This document shows positions 31,692-43,836 of a stretch of DNA of 64,000 nt, piece after piece. Location of the stretch: assembly GCA_963785725.1 (NCBI GenBank), contig CAWAWS010000006.1, positions 320,001 through 384,000 on the forward strand. Direction: 5' to 3'. Positions within the stretch are counted from its first letter, which is position 1, and every line of letters starts with the position of its first letter. The notes beneath the pieces were generated by a model. It was not told where the DNA came from. It worked only from the letters and a program-made list of their open reading frames with translations, and did not search any database. The position numbers and the translations under genes were made by a program. Origin of the DNA: an uncultured delta proteobacterium. GTDB lineage: Bacteria; Myxococcota_A; Polyangia; Palsa-1104.

Positions 31692-33659
31692 TCAGCTCTC
31701 GAGCTCCTCGCCCAGCCGCTCCCACTCGCTCATCCACGACTTGAGGCGCTGCTCGAGCAGCTCCTTCTCGGCCACGAGCGCGTTCAGCTTGTTCCAATCG
31801 CCGCCATGATCGGCCGCCAATTTGTCGTTGAGCGCGCCAATCTCCGTCTCCGCCGTCGCGACCTTGTCTTCCAGCTCCTTGAGTCGCTTGCGCTTCTTCT
31901 CGGTCTCGCGCTGCCCGGCCTTCTGCCGCTCGCGCTCGGCGATGCGGTCGCCTTTGGCCTCGTCCTTGGCGTCGGGCTTGGCCTCGACGACGGCAGGCTT
32001 CGGCGCCGCTTTGGGCTCGCTCTTCGCCGCTTTCCCCCGCGTCTCGACGACGATCGGCTCCGCTTTTTTGTGCGTGCGCGCCTTCCACTCGCTGTAGTTG
32101 CCGACATGCTCCTCGGCGCGCCCGTCGTGGATGTGCACGATCTTCGTCACCACGCGATCGAGGAAGTAGCGGTCGTGCGACACGACGAGCACCGTGCCTT
32201 CGTACTCGGCCAGCGCCTCTTCGAGCACCTCGCGCGCCGGGATGTCGAGATGGTTCGTCGGCTCGTCGAGCGCCAGCAGATTGCGCGGCCGCAACATCAT
32301 CTTCGCCAGCGTCAGCCGGTTGCGCTCGCCGCCGGACAGCCCTTTGACCTTCTTGAACGGATCGTCGCCGGTGAAGCGAAAGCGGCCCAAGAAGTTGCGC
32401 GCGATGTCCTCGGCGAAGTCGCCGCGCACGGTGCGGATCTCGTCGATGAGCGAGTTGTCGTCGCTGAGCTCGGATAATTTCTGGTCGAAGTAGCCGATGC
32501 GCACTTCGTGGCCGCGCAAGACGCTGCCGGCCAGCGGATCGATCTTGCCGAGCAACGTCTTGAGCAGCGTCGATTTGCCACAGCCGTTCGGCCCCACGAG
32601 CCCGATGCGATCGCCGCGATAAATGACGAGATTCACGTCTTTGACGAGCGCGGGTGCGCCGGCGTAACCGACGTCGAGGTGCTCGGTCTTGACCGCCTCT
32701 TTGCCGCCGGTGTGGTCGCCGACGGAGAAGCGCAGCCCGATGTTGCCCGCGGCCGCGAACTCGTCCTGCACGCGCCCCAGCCGATCGACCTTCTCCAGCT
32801 GTTTACGCCGCGATTGCGCCTGCTTCGTCTTGTTGCCGGCGATATTGCGGCGGATGAAGTCCTCGGTGCGCTCGATCGTCGCCTTTTGTCGTTCGTAAGC
32901 CGCGTTGAGCCGCTCGTGTCGCTCTTCGCGCTCGACGACGTACTTTTCGTAGCCGCCGCGAAAGACGATCGCCTTGCCGGCCTCGAGCTCGACGATGTCG
33001 CGACAGACCGCGCGCAAGAAATAGCGATCGTGCGACACGAGCACGAAGGCCTTGGGCCACTCGCGCAGCCGCTCTTCGAGGTGCTCGGTCGCTTCGACGT
33101 CGAGATGGTTCGTCGGCTCGTCGAGCAGCAGCAGATCGGGCTCTTCGAGCAGCGTCTTGGCCAGCTCGAGGCGACCGCGCTCGCCGCCCGACAGCGTCTC
33201 GACGTTGCGCTCGAGATCGCCGTCGGAGAAGCCGAGATCGTGCGCCAGCGCTTTGACGCGACTTTCGAGCGAGTAGCCGCCCTCCGCCGCGTAGCGCTCT
33301 TGCAGCTCGCCGTAGCGCTGCAGCGCCTTGTCGTCGACGAGGTTGCGCTCGAGCGTCAAGAGCTCGTCGTGGATCGCGAGCAGCTTCTCGAACGGCTTGA
33401 GCAGCGCGTCGAAGATGCGGCCGGCGCCGGCGAACTCCTGCGACTGCTTGAGGTAGGCGAGGCTGAGGCCGCGGGCGCGGGCGATGGTGCCCGAATCGAG
33501 CGTCAGGCGGCCGTCGAGCACGCGCAGCAGCGTCGACTTGCCGCAGCCGTTGGGGCCGACGAGACCGATGCGATCGCCCGGGTTCACCTGCCAGGTGAGT
33601 CCGTCGAAGAGCTCGGTGCCCGGATAACCGAAGTGCGCGTCGGAGAGCTGGACCAGCAC
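31692..33659 (-). CDS. ABC-F family ATPase with Uup-like C-terminal coiled coil
   Basis: Two nucleotide-binding domains (GPNGCGKSTLL, LSGGER, LDEPTNHLD), inter-domain linker, no transmembrane segments. Confidence 0.92.
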   Translation of the reverse strand: MLVQLSDAHFGYPGTELFDGLTWQVNPGDRIGLVGPNGCGKSTLLRVLDGRLTLDSGTIARARGLSLAYLKQSQEFAGAGRIFDALLKPFEKLLAIHDELLTLERNLVDDKALQRYGELQERYAAEGGYSLESRVKALAHDLGFSDGDLERNVETLSGGERGRLELAKTLLEEPDLLLLDEPTNHLDVEATEHLEERLREWPKAFVLVSHDRYFLRAVCRDIVELEAGKAIVFRGGYEKYVVEREERHERLNAAYERQKATIERTEDFIRRNIAGNKTKQAQSRRKQLEKVDRLGRVQDEFAAAGNIGLRFSVGDHTGGKEAVKTEHLDVGYAGAPALVKDVNLVIYRGDRIGLVGPNGCGKSTLLKTLLGKIDPLAGSVLRGHEVRIGYFDQKLSELSDDNSLIDEIRTVRGDFAEDIARNFLGRFRFTGDDPFKKVKGLSGGERNRLTLAKMMLRPRNLLALDEPTNHLDIPAREVLEEALAEYEGTVLVVSHDRYFLDRVVTKIVHIHDGRAEEHVGNYSEWKARTHKKAEPIVVETRGKAAKSEPKAAPKPAVVEAKPDAKDEAKGDRIAERERQKAGQRETEKKRKRLKELEDKVATAETEIGALNDKLAADHGGDWNKLNALVAEKELLEQRLKSWMSEWERLGEELES

Positions 33660-33819
33660 GCGCCGCTTCTAGCACACCTCATGGGTCCGCGGCAGGGCGG
33701 CACGCACGCTTGGGCGTCAGCGCGCTCACGCGTTGGCGCTGGTATCTCGCCGCCAGGTGGCCGTGAGCCAGCCGACACAATTGCATCTCGCCGCAACGCA
33801 TCGGATGATAGAGGGACGA

Positions 33820-34419
33820 ATGGACGCGCCGATCACCCAAATCTACATGCCGCCACGCGCGGCCGTCCTGCGGCTCGTCGACGCTGGGCTCGTGCGCGGG
33901 CTCGATTCCGCGCGCCTCGATGCCCTGCGCGCCGAGTGTTGGGACGACGATGAAGAGCAGATGGAAGAGGCGGGCGTCCTCGGGATTTTGACGTCGTTTT
34001 ACGCCGACCGTGAACGCGGCGTGCGCGACGGTTTCCTGTGGCACGACGATCGTTTCTGGCAGGAGACGGACGACGTCGTGGGCGAGCTCGCGCGCATGCT
34101 GCATGACGATCGCCCCCTCTTTCGTCAGCTGGCGGCGATGGCCAAGGTGTCGACGGCGCGCCGCTTCCGCGAGAACGTGCAGGCGCTCGAGCTCGAGCGC
34201 GACGACGGCGTGCGCAAAGACGTCGAGGCGCGCGGCCTCGACGACGTCGTCGCCTGCTTCAACGAGGAGCTGCGCTCGCGCGGCCGGCCCAAGCGCATCG
34301 TGCCGCTCGAGACGTCGGGCGAGTGGAAGATGTACGTCGCCGGCGAGCTCCGACTCTTGCGCAAGCTGGCCGCCGAAGGCGCTCTGCCGGTCGCCACACT
34401 CGACGTCCTAAGTGACTGA
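33820..34419 (+). CDS. Hypothetical protein
   Basis: ATG after GAGGG; about 199 aa with coding-like codon usage; no recognised motif. Confidence 0.6.
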   Translation: MDAPITQIYMPPRAAVLRLVDAGLVRGLDSARLDALRAECWDDDEEQMEEAGVLGILTSFYADRERGVRDGFLWHDDRFWQETDDVVGELARMLHDDRPLFRQLAAMAKVSTARRFRENVQALELERDDGVRKDVEARGLDDVVACFNEELRSRGRPKRIVPLETSGEWKMYVAGELRLLRKLAAEGALPVATLDVLSD

Positions 34420-34474
34420 GGGCGACTGAATTTCGCCATTTGACCGACGGCAGCGCCTGCCGTACTGATTAACG

Positions 34475-35629
34475 ATGCTCAAACAGTATTTGCTGACGCC
34501 GGGACCGACGCCGGTGCCCGAGCGCGTGATGCTGGCGATGGCGCGCCCGATGGTGCACCACCGCATGCCGGCCTTCATCGCCACGTTCAACGAGGCCGCG
34601 GCCGGGCTGAAGTGGATCTTTCAGACGTCGCAGCCGGTCTTGATGCTGACGGGCTCGGGCACGCTGGCGATGGAAGCGTCGATCGTCAACACGATGAAGC
34701 GCGGCGACAAGGCGTTGTGCGTCGTCGGCGGCAAGTTCGGCGAGCGCTGGCGCAACATCTGTAAGGCGTACGGCATCGAGAGCGTCAACCTCGACGTGCC
34801 GTGGGGTCAGGCCGTCGACCCGCAGCAGGTCAAAGAGGCGCTCGACCAGGACGACAAGATCACCGCCGTCTTCAGCCAGGCCAACGAGTCCTCGACCGGC
34901 GTGCGCCATCCCGTCGAGGAGATCGCCAAGATCACGGCCAGCCGCGACGGCGTCATCAACGTCGTCGATGCCGTCAGCGCGCTCGGCGCGTTCGATCTGC
35001 CGATGGACAAGGCCGGCTTCGACGTGCTGCTGACCGGCTCGCAAAAAGCGCTCATGTTGCCGCCCGGCCAAGCCTATATCGCGCTCTCGGACAAGGCGTG
35101 GGCGCGCGCCGAGAAGGCCGATTTGCCGCGCTTCTACAGCGATTTGCGCCGCGAAAAGAAGGGGCAGACGAGCGGCGACAGCGCCTGGACGCCGGCCATC
35201 TCGCTGACGATCGGCCTCGTCGAAGCGCTGCGCATCATCAAAGAAGAAGGGCTGGCCGAGTGCTTCGCGCGCCACGCCAAGCTGGCCGAAGCGACGCGCG
35301 CCGCTTGCGTGGCGCTCGGCTGCACGCTGTTCGCGCCGACGGCGCCGTCGCCGACCGTGACCGCCGTCGTCGCACCGGGCGGGCTCGACACCGACAAGCT
35401 CGTCAAGCAGCTGCGCGACCGATACGGCGTCTCGCTCACCGGCGGCCAGGACGCGGTCAAGGGCAAGATCTTCCGCGTCGCCCACCTCGGCTGGTTCGGC
35501 ACCTTCGACATCCTGACCTCGGTGTCGGCGCTGGAGATGGCGATGGCAGATCTCGGGGTCAAGGTGGAGCAGGGTCGCGGCGTCGCCGCCGCGCAGCAGA
35601 TCCTCCAGGTCGGCCCGGTCGTAAGATAG
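34475..35629 (+). CDS. Class V PLP aminotransferase (serine-pyruvate / alanine-glyoxylate type)
   Basis: LLTPGPTPVP, GSGTLAMEA, ESSTGV, VDAVS, TGSQKALMLPPG. Confidence 0.92.
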   Translation: MLKQYLLTPGPTPVPERVMLAMARPMVHHRMPAFIATFNEAAAGLKWIFQTSQPVLMLTGSGTLAMEASIVNTMKRGDKALCVVGGKFGERWRNICKAYGIESVNLDVPWGQAVDPQQVKEALDQDDKITAVFSQANESSTGVRHPVEEIAKITASRDGVINVVDAVSALGAFDLPMDKAGFDVLLTGSQKALMLPPGQAYIALSDKAWARAEKADLPRFYSDLRREKKGQTSGDSAWTPAISLTIGLVEALRIIKEEGLAECFARHAKLAEATRAACVALGCTLFAPTAPSPTVTAVVAPGGLDTDKLVKQLRDRYGVSLTGGQDAVKGKIFRVAHLGWFGTFDILTSVSALEMAMADLGVKVEQGRGVAAAQQILQVGPVVR

Positions 35630-35782
35630 GGTGTGCGCTCGGTAACTCGTTTGACCCCGCCAAAACTGCGTCCGAGGCGAATTACTTATGGACCAATTCG
35701 CCTCGTGAAGTACATTGACAGGCTAGAGTGTAAGCGCGATTCCTGATCGCGAAGCCTTAGGTCATTGTCATGTGGGCGACAA

Positions 35783-37434
<1,652 letters not shown>

Positions 37435-37438
<4 letters not shown>

Positions 37439-38208
37439 GACTGACCCTGCTCTTGGCCGTGCTGCTCGGCTCCACTCCGGCGTTCGCTGCCGGCACCGAA
37501 GCCGACGTGGCCGAAGCCAAGGTGCACTACGACCGCGGCATGACGCACTATCACCTCGGCGAATTCCCCGCTGCAGTCGACGAATTCAAGAGCGCCTACG
37601 GGCTGTCGCAAGCGCCGGGCCTGCTCTTCAACTTGGGCCAAGCCAGCCGTCTCGGTCATCAGTACGAGCAGGCGCTCTATTTCTACCGCACGTATCTACG
37701 GCTCATGCCTGACGCCAGCAATCGCACCGACGTCGAGCAGCGCATTACCGAGCTGCAGCCGCTGGCCGAGCAAGAGCGCGCGCGGGTCGAGGCGAGCAAG
37801 CGGCCGGTGGCGCCGCCCGCCGCCGTCGTGGAGTCGTCGACGCTGACGACGAGCCCGCGACAGCCGGGACCGAGCGGACGGCCGCTGCGTTTGACCGGCA
37901 TCGCCTTGGGCGCCATCGGCATCGGCGTGCTCGGCGCCGGCGCGGGGCTGGGCGGCGCGGCGCTGTCGGCGCAATCGCAGCTGTCGAAGCTGGCGCGCGA
38001 CATGGGCACGTGGTCGCCGTCGCAGTCGGACATTTACCATCGCGGCAAAGCCGAAGCGGCCTCGGCCACGGCGCTGTATGCCGTCGGTGGCGCGGCGTTG
38101 GCGACCGGCGTCGTCCTCTATCTCGTCGGCCGCCACCGCGATCGCACGCGCTTTGCGATCGCGCCCGGCCCCGGCGGCGCACAGGCAGTCTTTTGGCACG
38201 ACTTCTAA
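37435..38208 (+). CDS. TPR protein with signal peptide and C-terminal hydrophobic segments
   Basis: ATGA overlap with kinase; AKVHYDRGMTHY...LLFNLGQA...ALYFYRTYL. Confidence 0.8.
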
Positions 38209-39338
38209 AGTTTCCGTTGGCGCTGCTGCTGGCGCTGACGACCACCGGCTGTCGCTTCGCGCCCAACTTGGGCGACGGCGAGATCGCCTGTGGCGCCAAC
38301 GGCTCGTGCCCGCCCGGCCAGGCTTGCGGCGGCGATCAGCGCTGCCACATCACGACCGTCGCCGACGCGTCCGTCGCCTGCATCGCCATCGACTGCAGCG
38401 CCGCCGGCCACGTCTGTGGCTCGCTCGACGACGGCTGCGGCCACACCTTGAATTGCGGCAGCTGCAGCGCGCCCGAGACCTGCGGCGGCGGCGGCACACC
38501 CGGCCAATGCGGCTGCACGCCCAGCTCCTGCAGCGCGCTCGGCAAGAACTGCGGCGCCGTCGCCGACGGCTGCGGCGCCATGGTCAGCTGCGGCACCTGC
38601 GCGCCGCCGAACGTCTGTGGCGGCGGCGGTCCGGCCAACGTCTGCGGCTGCACGCCCACGACCTGCCAAGCCCAAGGCAAGAACTGCGGCACCATGCCCG
38701 ACGGCTGCGGCAGCATGCTCGACTGCGCGGCGGCGAGCGGCGGCTGTCCGACCGGCCAGACGTGCGGCGGCGCCGGCGTCCCCAACGTCTGCGGCGCCGG
38801 CATGTGCATGCCGACGAGCTGCGCGGCGCTCAAGGACAACTGCGGCGACGTCTCCGACGGCTGCTCGCAGACGCTGTCGTGCGGCAGCTGCACGACGCCC
38901 GACACCTGCGGCGGCGGCGGCACCGCCAACATCTGCGGCTGCACGCCGACGACGTGCTCGGCGCTGGCGAAGAGCTGCGGCATGGTCCCCGACGGCTGCG
39001 GCGGCACGTTGAAGTGCGGCAACTGCGGCTGGCCCAACAGCTGCGGCGGTGGCGGCACGGCCAACACGTGCGGCTGCACGCCCAACACCTGCGCCGACGC
39101 CAGCACCAACTGCGGTCGCATGCCCGACGGCTGCAACGGCGCCGTCAAGTGCGGCGTCATGAAGTGCCCGAACAACGGCGTCTGCATCGCCAACGTCTGC
39201 CAGCCGAGCGGCACCTGCACGCCGAAGACCGCCTGCGCCACCGGTCAATGCGGCGTGGTGTCGGACGGCTGCTCCGATGTGCTGAACTGTGGCAAATGCA
39301 CGGGCAGCATGAAGTGCGTGAATAACGTTTGCCAGTAG
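38193..39338 (+). CDS. Cys-rich tandem-repeat lipoprotein
   Basis: Lipobox-like LTTTGC; about 7 repeats of about 43 aa (CTPxTC...NCG...DGCG...CGxC...CGGGG..NxCG); start approximate. Confidence 0.8.
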   Translation: MARLLKFPLALLLALTTTGCRFAPNLGDGEIACGANGSCPPGQACGGDQRCHITTVADASVACIAIDCSAAGHVCGSLDDGCGHTLNCGSCSAPETCGGGGTPGQCGCTPSSCSALGKNCGAVADGCGAMVSCGTCAPPNVCGGGGPANVCGCTPTTCQAQGKNCGTMPDGCGSMLDCAAASGGCPTGQTCGGAGVPNVCGAGMCMPTSCAALKDNCGDVSDGCSQTLSCGSCTTPDTCGGGGTANICGCTPTTCSALAKSCGMVPDGCGGTLKCGNCGWPNSCGGGGTANTCGCTPNTCADASTNCGRMPDGCNGAVKCGVMKCPNNGVCIANVCQPSGTCTPKTACATGQCGVVSDGCSDVLNCGKCTGSMKCVNNVCQ

Positions 39339-39365
39339 CCTTGCCGTTTGCCTATTGTGCGCGGC

Positions 39366-40562
39366 ATGTCGGTTCGGCTGCCGCCGGGTGTACGCGACTA
39401 CCTCCCGGTAGCGGCGTCTCGGCGTCGCGGCTTGGCGGCGGCAGCGACGGCGGAGCTGGAGCGCTGGGGCTATCGCGGCATCATCACGCCGCTCTATGAG
39501 TACGACGACGTGCTGGCGCGCGGCATGGGCCAGAAGGTCCACGCCATGCGCTTCGTCGAGCCGGCGACGGGCGAAGTCGTCGCGCTGCGGCCCGATCTGA
39601 CGCCGCAGGTCGCGCGCCTCGTGGCGACGCGCATGCACGACGAGCCCGGACCCTTGCGGCTCTATTATCAAGGCTCGGTCGTGCGGCTCGATGTGGCGCG
39701 GCGTGAGATCTTCCAGGTCGGCGTCGAGCTCGTCGACGCGCCGCAGCCCGGCGGCGACTTGGAGGTCGTGGCGCTGGCCGAAGCGGCGCTCGACTCCGTC
39801 GGTGTGCGCGAGCGCGTCGTCGATCTCGGTCACGCCGCCATCGTGCGCGCGGCGCTGCATGGGCTCGATTTGGACGACGGGGCTCGCGCCACCTTGCACG
39901 AAGCCTTGGCGCGCAAAGACGGCGCCACCGTCGCCAAGCTGGCGCAGACGACGAGCTTGTCCGACAGCCGCAAGCGCCTCTTGGCCGCGCTGCCGTCGCT
40001 GTACGGCAGCGTCGAGGTGCTCGATCGCGCTCGCGTGCTCGTCGGTGACGATGCCGTCGCGCAGGCCGCGCTCGACGAGCTCGGCGGCCTGTGCCGGCGT
40101 CTCGGCGAGCTCGGTCCGAGCGAGCGCCTGGCCATCGATCTCGGCGAAGTGCGTGGTTTCGACTATTATACCGGCACGCGCTTCGCCATCTTCGCGGACG
40201 GCATCGGCGACGCGCTCGTGTCCGGCGGTCGTTACGATCGACTCATCGAGCGCTACGGCCGCCCGGCGCGCGCCGTCGGCTTCGCGCTCGACGTCGATCT
40301 CGTGGCCGACCTCTTGAAGGCGCGCGGCGTGCCGGCGCCGCGGCAGTCGGGCGGCGTGCTGGTGGCCGGCGATGCCGTCGCTGCCGCCAAACTTTCGGCG
40401 ACGTTGCGCGCACGCGGTGAGCGCGCCGTTCTCGAGCTGGACGAGCCGGTGCCGGCCGACCCCGAGCTGCGCCGGCGCGCGCAGCGCAGAGCTTTGGATC
40501 GCGTCGCCGTCGCTGTCGGCGAACAAATTCGGTGGCTCGACGAATCGGGCCCACTAGGCTAG
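39366..40562 (+). CDS. hisZ: ATP phosphoribosyltransferase regulatory subunit
   Basis: LPPGVRDYLP, ALRPDLTPQVAR, QVGVEL, DYYTG, GGRYD; lies directly upstream of purA, a common arrangement. Confidence 0.88.
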   Translation: MSVRLPPGVRDYLPVAASRRRGLAAAATAELERWGYRGIITPLYEYDDVLARGMGQKVHAMRFVEPATGEVVALRPDLTPQVARLVATRMHDEPGPLRLYYQGSVVRLDVARREIFQVGVELVDAPQPGGDLEVVALAEAALDSVGVRERVVDLGHAAIVRAALHGLDLDDGARATLHEALARKDGATVAKLAQTTSLSDSRKRLLAALPSLYGSVEVLDRARVLVGDDAVAQAALDELGGLCRRLGELGPSERLAIDLGEVRGFDYYTGTRFAIFADGIGDALVSGGRYDRLIERYGRPARAVGFALDVDLVADLLKARGVPAPRQSGGVLVAGDAVAAAKLSATLRARGERAVLELDEPVPADPELRRRAQRRALDRVAVAVGEQIRWLDESGPLG

Positions 40563-40574
40563 GGTTACGGCCGC

Positions 40575-41861
40575 ATGGCGAACGTAGTGATCGTCGGCGC
40601 CCAATGGGGCGACGAAGGAAAAGGAAAAGTCGTCGATCTCTACACAGAGTTCGCCGACGTCGTGTTCCGTTACGGCGGCGGCCCCAACGCCGGCCACACG
40701 CTGGTCGTCGACGGGCAGAAGCTGGTGACGCGCTTGATTCCTTCGGGCGTCTTGCGCGGTCGCGGCAAGAAATGCGTGCTCGGCGACGGCATGGTCGTCG
40801 ATCCGAAGGTGCTGATCGACGAGATCGACGAGTGCAAAGCGCGCGGGCTCCTCGCCGAGGACAAAGATCTCATCATCGGCAAGCACGCCCACGTGATCCT
40901 GCCGATCCATCGCGAGATCGATCGCGTGCGCGAATCGGGCAAGAGCCCCATCGGCACGACGAAGCGCGGCATCGGCCCGGCTTACGAAGCGAAGATGGCG
41001 CGCCGTGGCGTGCGCATGAGCGATCTCATCGACGAGAAGCGCTTCCGCGCCATTTACGAGCAGAACCTCGAGGAAGTCGGCGATTGGCTGTTGTCGCGCG
41101 GTGGGCAGATCGCGCCCATCGACGAGGTCGTCGCGGAATACATGCGCTACGCCGATCGACTGCGCAGCTACGTCGGCGATGCGTCGCGCCTCGTGCACGA
41201 CGAGATCAAGCGCGGCCGCCACGTCCTCTTCGAAGGCGCGCAGGGCGCTTTGCTCGACGTCGATCACGGGACGTATCCGTACGTGACGTCCTCGTCGACG
41301 ATCGCCGCCGGCGCCTGCACGTCGGCCGGCATCGGTCCGACGACGATTACGGCTGTGATCGGCATCGCCAAAGCCTATACGACGAGGGTCGGCGGCGGCC
41401 CGTTCCCGACCGAATTGACCGACGCGCTCGGCGACAAGCTGCGCGAAGCGGGCGGCGAGTACGGCACGGTCACCGGTCGTCCGCGTCGCTGCGGCTGGCT
41501 CGACGTGGCCGCGCTCCGGCTCGCCGTGCGCTGGAACGGCCTGTCGGGCATCGCGCTGACGAAGCTCGACGTCCTGCGCGGCCTCGGTCGCGTGCGCATT
41601 TGCGTCGGCTACACCGTCGGCGGCGAGAGCCGCGACGAGCTGCCGACCGATCCGGGCGAGATCGACCGCGCCGAGCCGATTTACGAAGAGCTCGACGGTT
41701 GGGACGCCGACACGCGGGATGTGCGCGATTTCGCCGAGCTCCCTCCGGCGGCGCAGAAGTACGTGCGGCGCATCGAGGCCCTGGTTGGTGTCGACTGCAC
41801 GCTGATTTCGGTGGGACCGGGGCGGGCTGAAACGATCGTCATACGAAACCCGTTCCGGTAG
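40575..41861 (+). CDS. purA: Adenylosuccinate synthetase
   Basis: GAQWGDEGKGKVVD, GGPNAGHT, FEGAQG, GTVTGRPRRCGWLD. Confidence 0.97.
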   Translation: MANVVIVGAQWGDEGKGKVVDLYTEFADVVFRYGGGPNAGHTLVVDGQKLVTRLIPSGVLRGRGKKCVLGDGMVVDPKVLIDEIDECKARGLLAEDKDLIIGKHAHVILPIHREIDRVRESGKSPIGTTKRGIGPAYEAKMARRGVRMSDLIDEKRFRAIYEQNLEEVGDWLLSRGGQIAPIDEVVAEYMRYADRLRSYVGDASRLVHDEIKRGRHVLFEGAQGALLDVDHGTYPYVTSSSTIAAGACTSAGIGPTTITAVIGIAKAYTTRVGGGPFPTELTDALGDKLREAGGEYGTVTGRPRRCGWLDVAALRLAVRWNGLSGIALTKLDVLRGLGRVRICVGYTVGGESRDELPTDPGEIDRAEPIYEELDGWDADTRDVRDFAELPPAAQKYVRRIEALVGVDCTLISVGPGRAETIVIRNPFR

Positions 41862-41915
41862 TGTGCCAAGGTTCTGGGGGCAGGGGTGTCGAACTGTTTA
41901 AGGCGGGTCAATCAC

Positions 41916-41944
41916 TTGCGAATTGCACTCGCCACGCCTACAAT
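41916..41944 (+). promoter_or_regulatory. Sigma70-type promoter upstream of the gltJ-like gene
   Basis: TTGCGA-N17-TACAAT, 26 nt upstream of ATG 41971. Confidence 0.65.
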
Positions 41945-41970
41945 GCTATGTCCATCGTACAAGGGGCCCC

Positions 41971-43836
41971 ATGAAGATCGTTTGCGATAATTGCGCGACG
42001 AAATACTCCATCGCGGACGAGAAGGTTCGCGGCAAGGTCTTCAAGATCCGCTGCAAGAAATGCAGCCACATTATTGTCGTTCGTGGTGGCGCAGATGGCA
42101 GCGTGGAGGCGACGTCGTCGCGCGACGCCGGCCCGGCCGATGGCGGATTCCCCGGCGGCGGTGAAGAGCAGCAAACGATCGCGGCTCGCGGCGCCTCGGG
42201 CGCCGAAGCGGGCGGTGACGCGGTGTGGCACCTCGTGATCGATCGCGAGCAGGTCGGCCCGCTGTCGCCGTCGGAGGTGCGCGCCAAGTTCTCCGGTGGT
42301 GAAGTGGACGCCGAGACCTACGCCTGGCGCGAAGGCTTCGGCGACTGGCTGCGCCTCGGCTCGATCGAAGACTTCCGCGATCTCGGCGGTGATGCGCCGG
42401 CAGCACCGGAAGCGACGCGCCGCACCGACTCGGCCGATCTCTTCGGCGGCGGTGGCGGCGAGGACGCGGCCGATGCGCCGGCGGGCGACCTCTTCGGCGG
42501 TGGCGCGGCTCCGGCTCCGGCGTATTCGTCGGCTCCAGCTCCGGCCGCGAATGAAGACGTCTTCGGCGGTGGCGGTGGTGGCGCGTTGTTCAGCGCGCCG
42601 TCGGCGGCTCCGCAGCGTCAGTCGCGCGCGTCGTCGCCGGCGTTCTCGGCGTCGTCGGCTTCGGCCGAGTCGGCGCCGTCGTCGAGCCACGGTAACGGCA
42701 ACGTCGTCGACGTGCGGCCGATGACCGGCCAGCGCAACGAGAACTCGGTGCTCTTCTCGCTCAACAACTTGCAGGCGTTGGCGACGGGCGGCGCGGGCGG
42801 CGGCAAGGCAGCGTCGTCGGGCGGCGGCTCGGAGAATCGCCCCGGCTTCGCCAACTCGCAGACCGAGGGCTCGGGCCTCATCGATATTCGCGCCATGGCG
42901 GCGTCGACGTTGGCGGCTTCGCCGTCGACGGGCGGCATCGGCTCGGGCCCGGGCGAGCTGCCCGGCTTGGGCGCGGCGCCCGTGTTCTCGCCGATGGCGG
43001 CTCCGATCCTCATGCCGGCGGCGCCCTCGGGTCCGCCGAAGTGGATGTGGGCGATTCTTGGCGTCGGCGTCTTGGCGGTGCTCGGCATCGTCGTCGTCGG
43101 TGTGCTGCTCCTGACGCGTAAGCCGGCGGCCGAGCCGACGATGGCGCAAGGCCCAGCGGCGCCTGCTCCGACGGCGCCGGTGGCGGCGGCACCGAGCGCG
43201 GCGACGGCCAAGCCGAACGCGGCGGCGCCCGCGGCACCGGCGGCGGCGGCACCGGCAGCGGCGGCTCCGGTCGCGGCGGCTGCGAGTCCGGCGGCCGAGA
43301 AGCACCCGGGCAAGGCGGCCAAGGGCGGCGGCGAGAAGGCGACGAAGCTCGCCAAGAACGAGCCGGCGGCGGCGAAGGCTCCGGCGGCTGCACCCGAGCC
43401 GGTCGCGGCAGCGCCGGCGGCGCCGGCGGCCAAGCACTCGGGCAAGCGCGACGAGCTCGACGATTTGTTGAACAACGCGTCGCCGGGTGGCGATACGCCG
43501 AAGCCGCACAAGGCGGCGGCGGCAGCGAAAGACGATTCGGGCGGCGGCGCCAGCGACGACAGCTTGCCCGACACGCTCGACAAGGGGCAGATCGTCTCCG
43601 GCATGTCGAAGGTCAAGGGCCGCGTTCAGGGCTGCTTCGACCAGTACAAAGTGCCGGGCACGGCCAGCGTCGCCATCACGATCGCCAACAGCGGTCGCGT
43701 CTCGAGCGCCAACGTCACCGGTCAGTTTGCCGGCACACCGACGGGTGAATGCGTCGCCAAGGCGGTCAAGACGGCCGGCTTCACGCGCTTCAAGGGCTCG
43801 CCGATGTCGTTCGTCTATCCCTACCTGCTGCGCTAG
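41971..43836 (+). CDS. gltJ: GltJ/AgmX-like gliding motility protein (zinc ribbon, GYF-like domain, TM helix, TonB-C-like domain)
   Basis: MKIVCDNCATKYSIADEKVRGKVFKIRCKKC; WHLVIDREQVGP...ETYAWREGFGDW; TM helix; C-terminal VQGCF...TPTGECVAKAVK; orthology is inferred. Confidence 0.75.
   Translation: MKIVCDNCATKYSIADEKVRGKVFKIRCKKCSHIIVVRGGADGSVEATSSRDAGPADGGFPGGGEEQQTIAARGASGAEAGGDAVWHLVIDREQVGPLSPSEVRAKFSGGEVDAETYAWREGFGDWLRLGSIEDFRDLGGDAPAAPEATRRTDSADLFGGGGGEDAADAPAGDLFGGGAAPAPAYSSAPAPAANEDVFGGGGGGALFSAPSAAPQRQSRASSPAFSASSASAESAPSSSHGNGNVVDVRPMTGQRNENSVLFSLNNLQALATGGAGGGKAASSGGGSENRPGFANSQTEGSGLIDIRAMAASTLAASPSTGGIGSGPGELPGLGAAPVFSPMAAPILMPAAPSGPPKWMWAILGVGVLAVLGIVVVGVLLLTRKPAAEPTMAQGPAAPAPTAPVAAAPSAATAKPNAAAPAAPAAAAPAAAAPVAAAASPAAEKHPGKAAKGGGEKATKLAKNEPAAAKAPAAAPEPVAAAPAAPAAKHSGKRDELDDLLNNASPGGDTPKPHKAAAAAKDDSGGGASDDSLPDTLDKGQIVSGMSKVKGRVQGCFDQYKVPGTASVAITIANSGRVSSANVTGQFAGTPTGECVAKAVKTAGFTRFKGSPMSFVYPYLLR

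Noticed and set aside
38380..39330. CRISPR-like periodic DNA repeats
   Set aside because: The repeats are degenerate, in frame and encode Cys-rich protein repeats; there are no identical repeats with unique spacers and no cas genes.
43140..43440. GCGGCGCC-type repeats within the gltJ-like gene
   Set aside because: Explained by an Ala/Pro-rich linker, not an independent DNA element.
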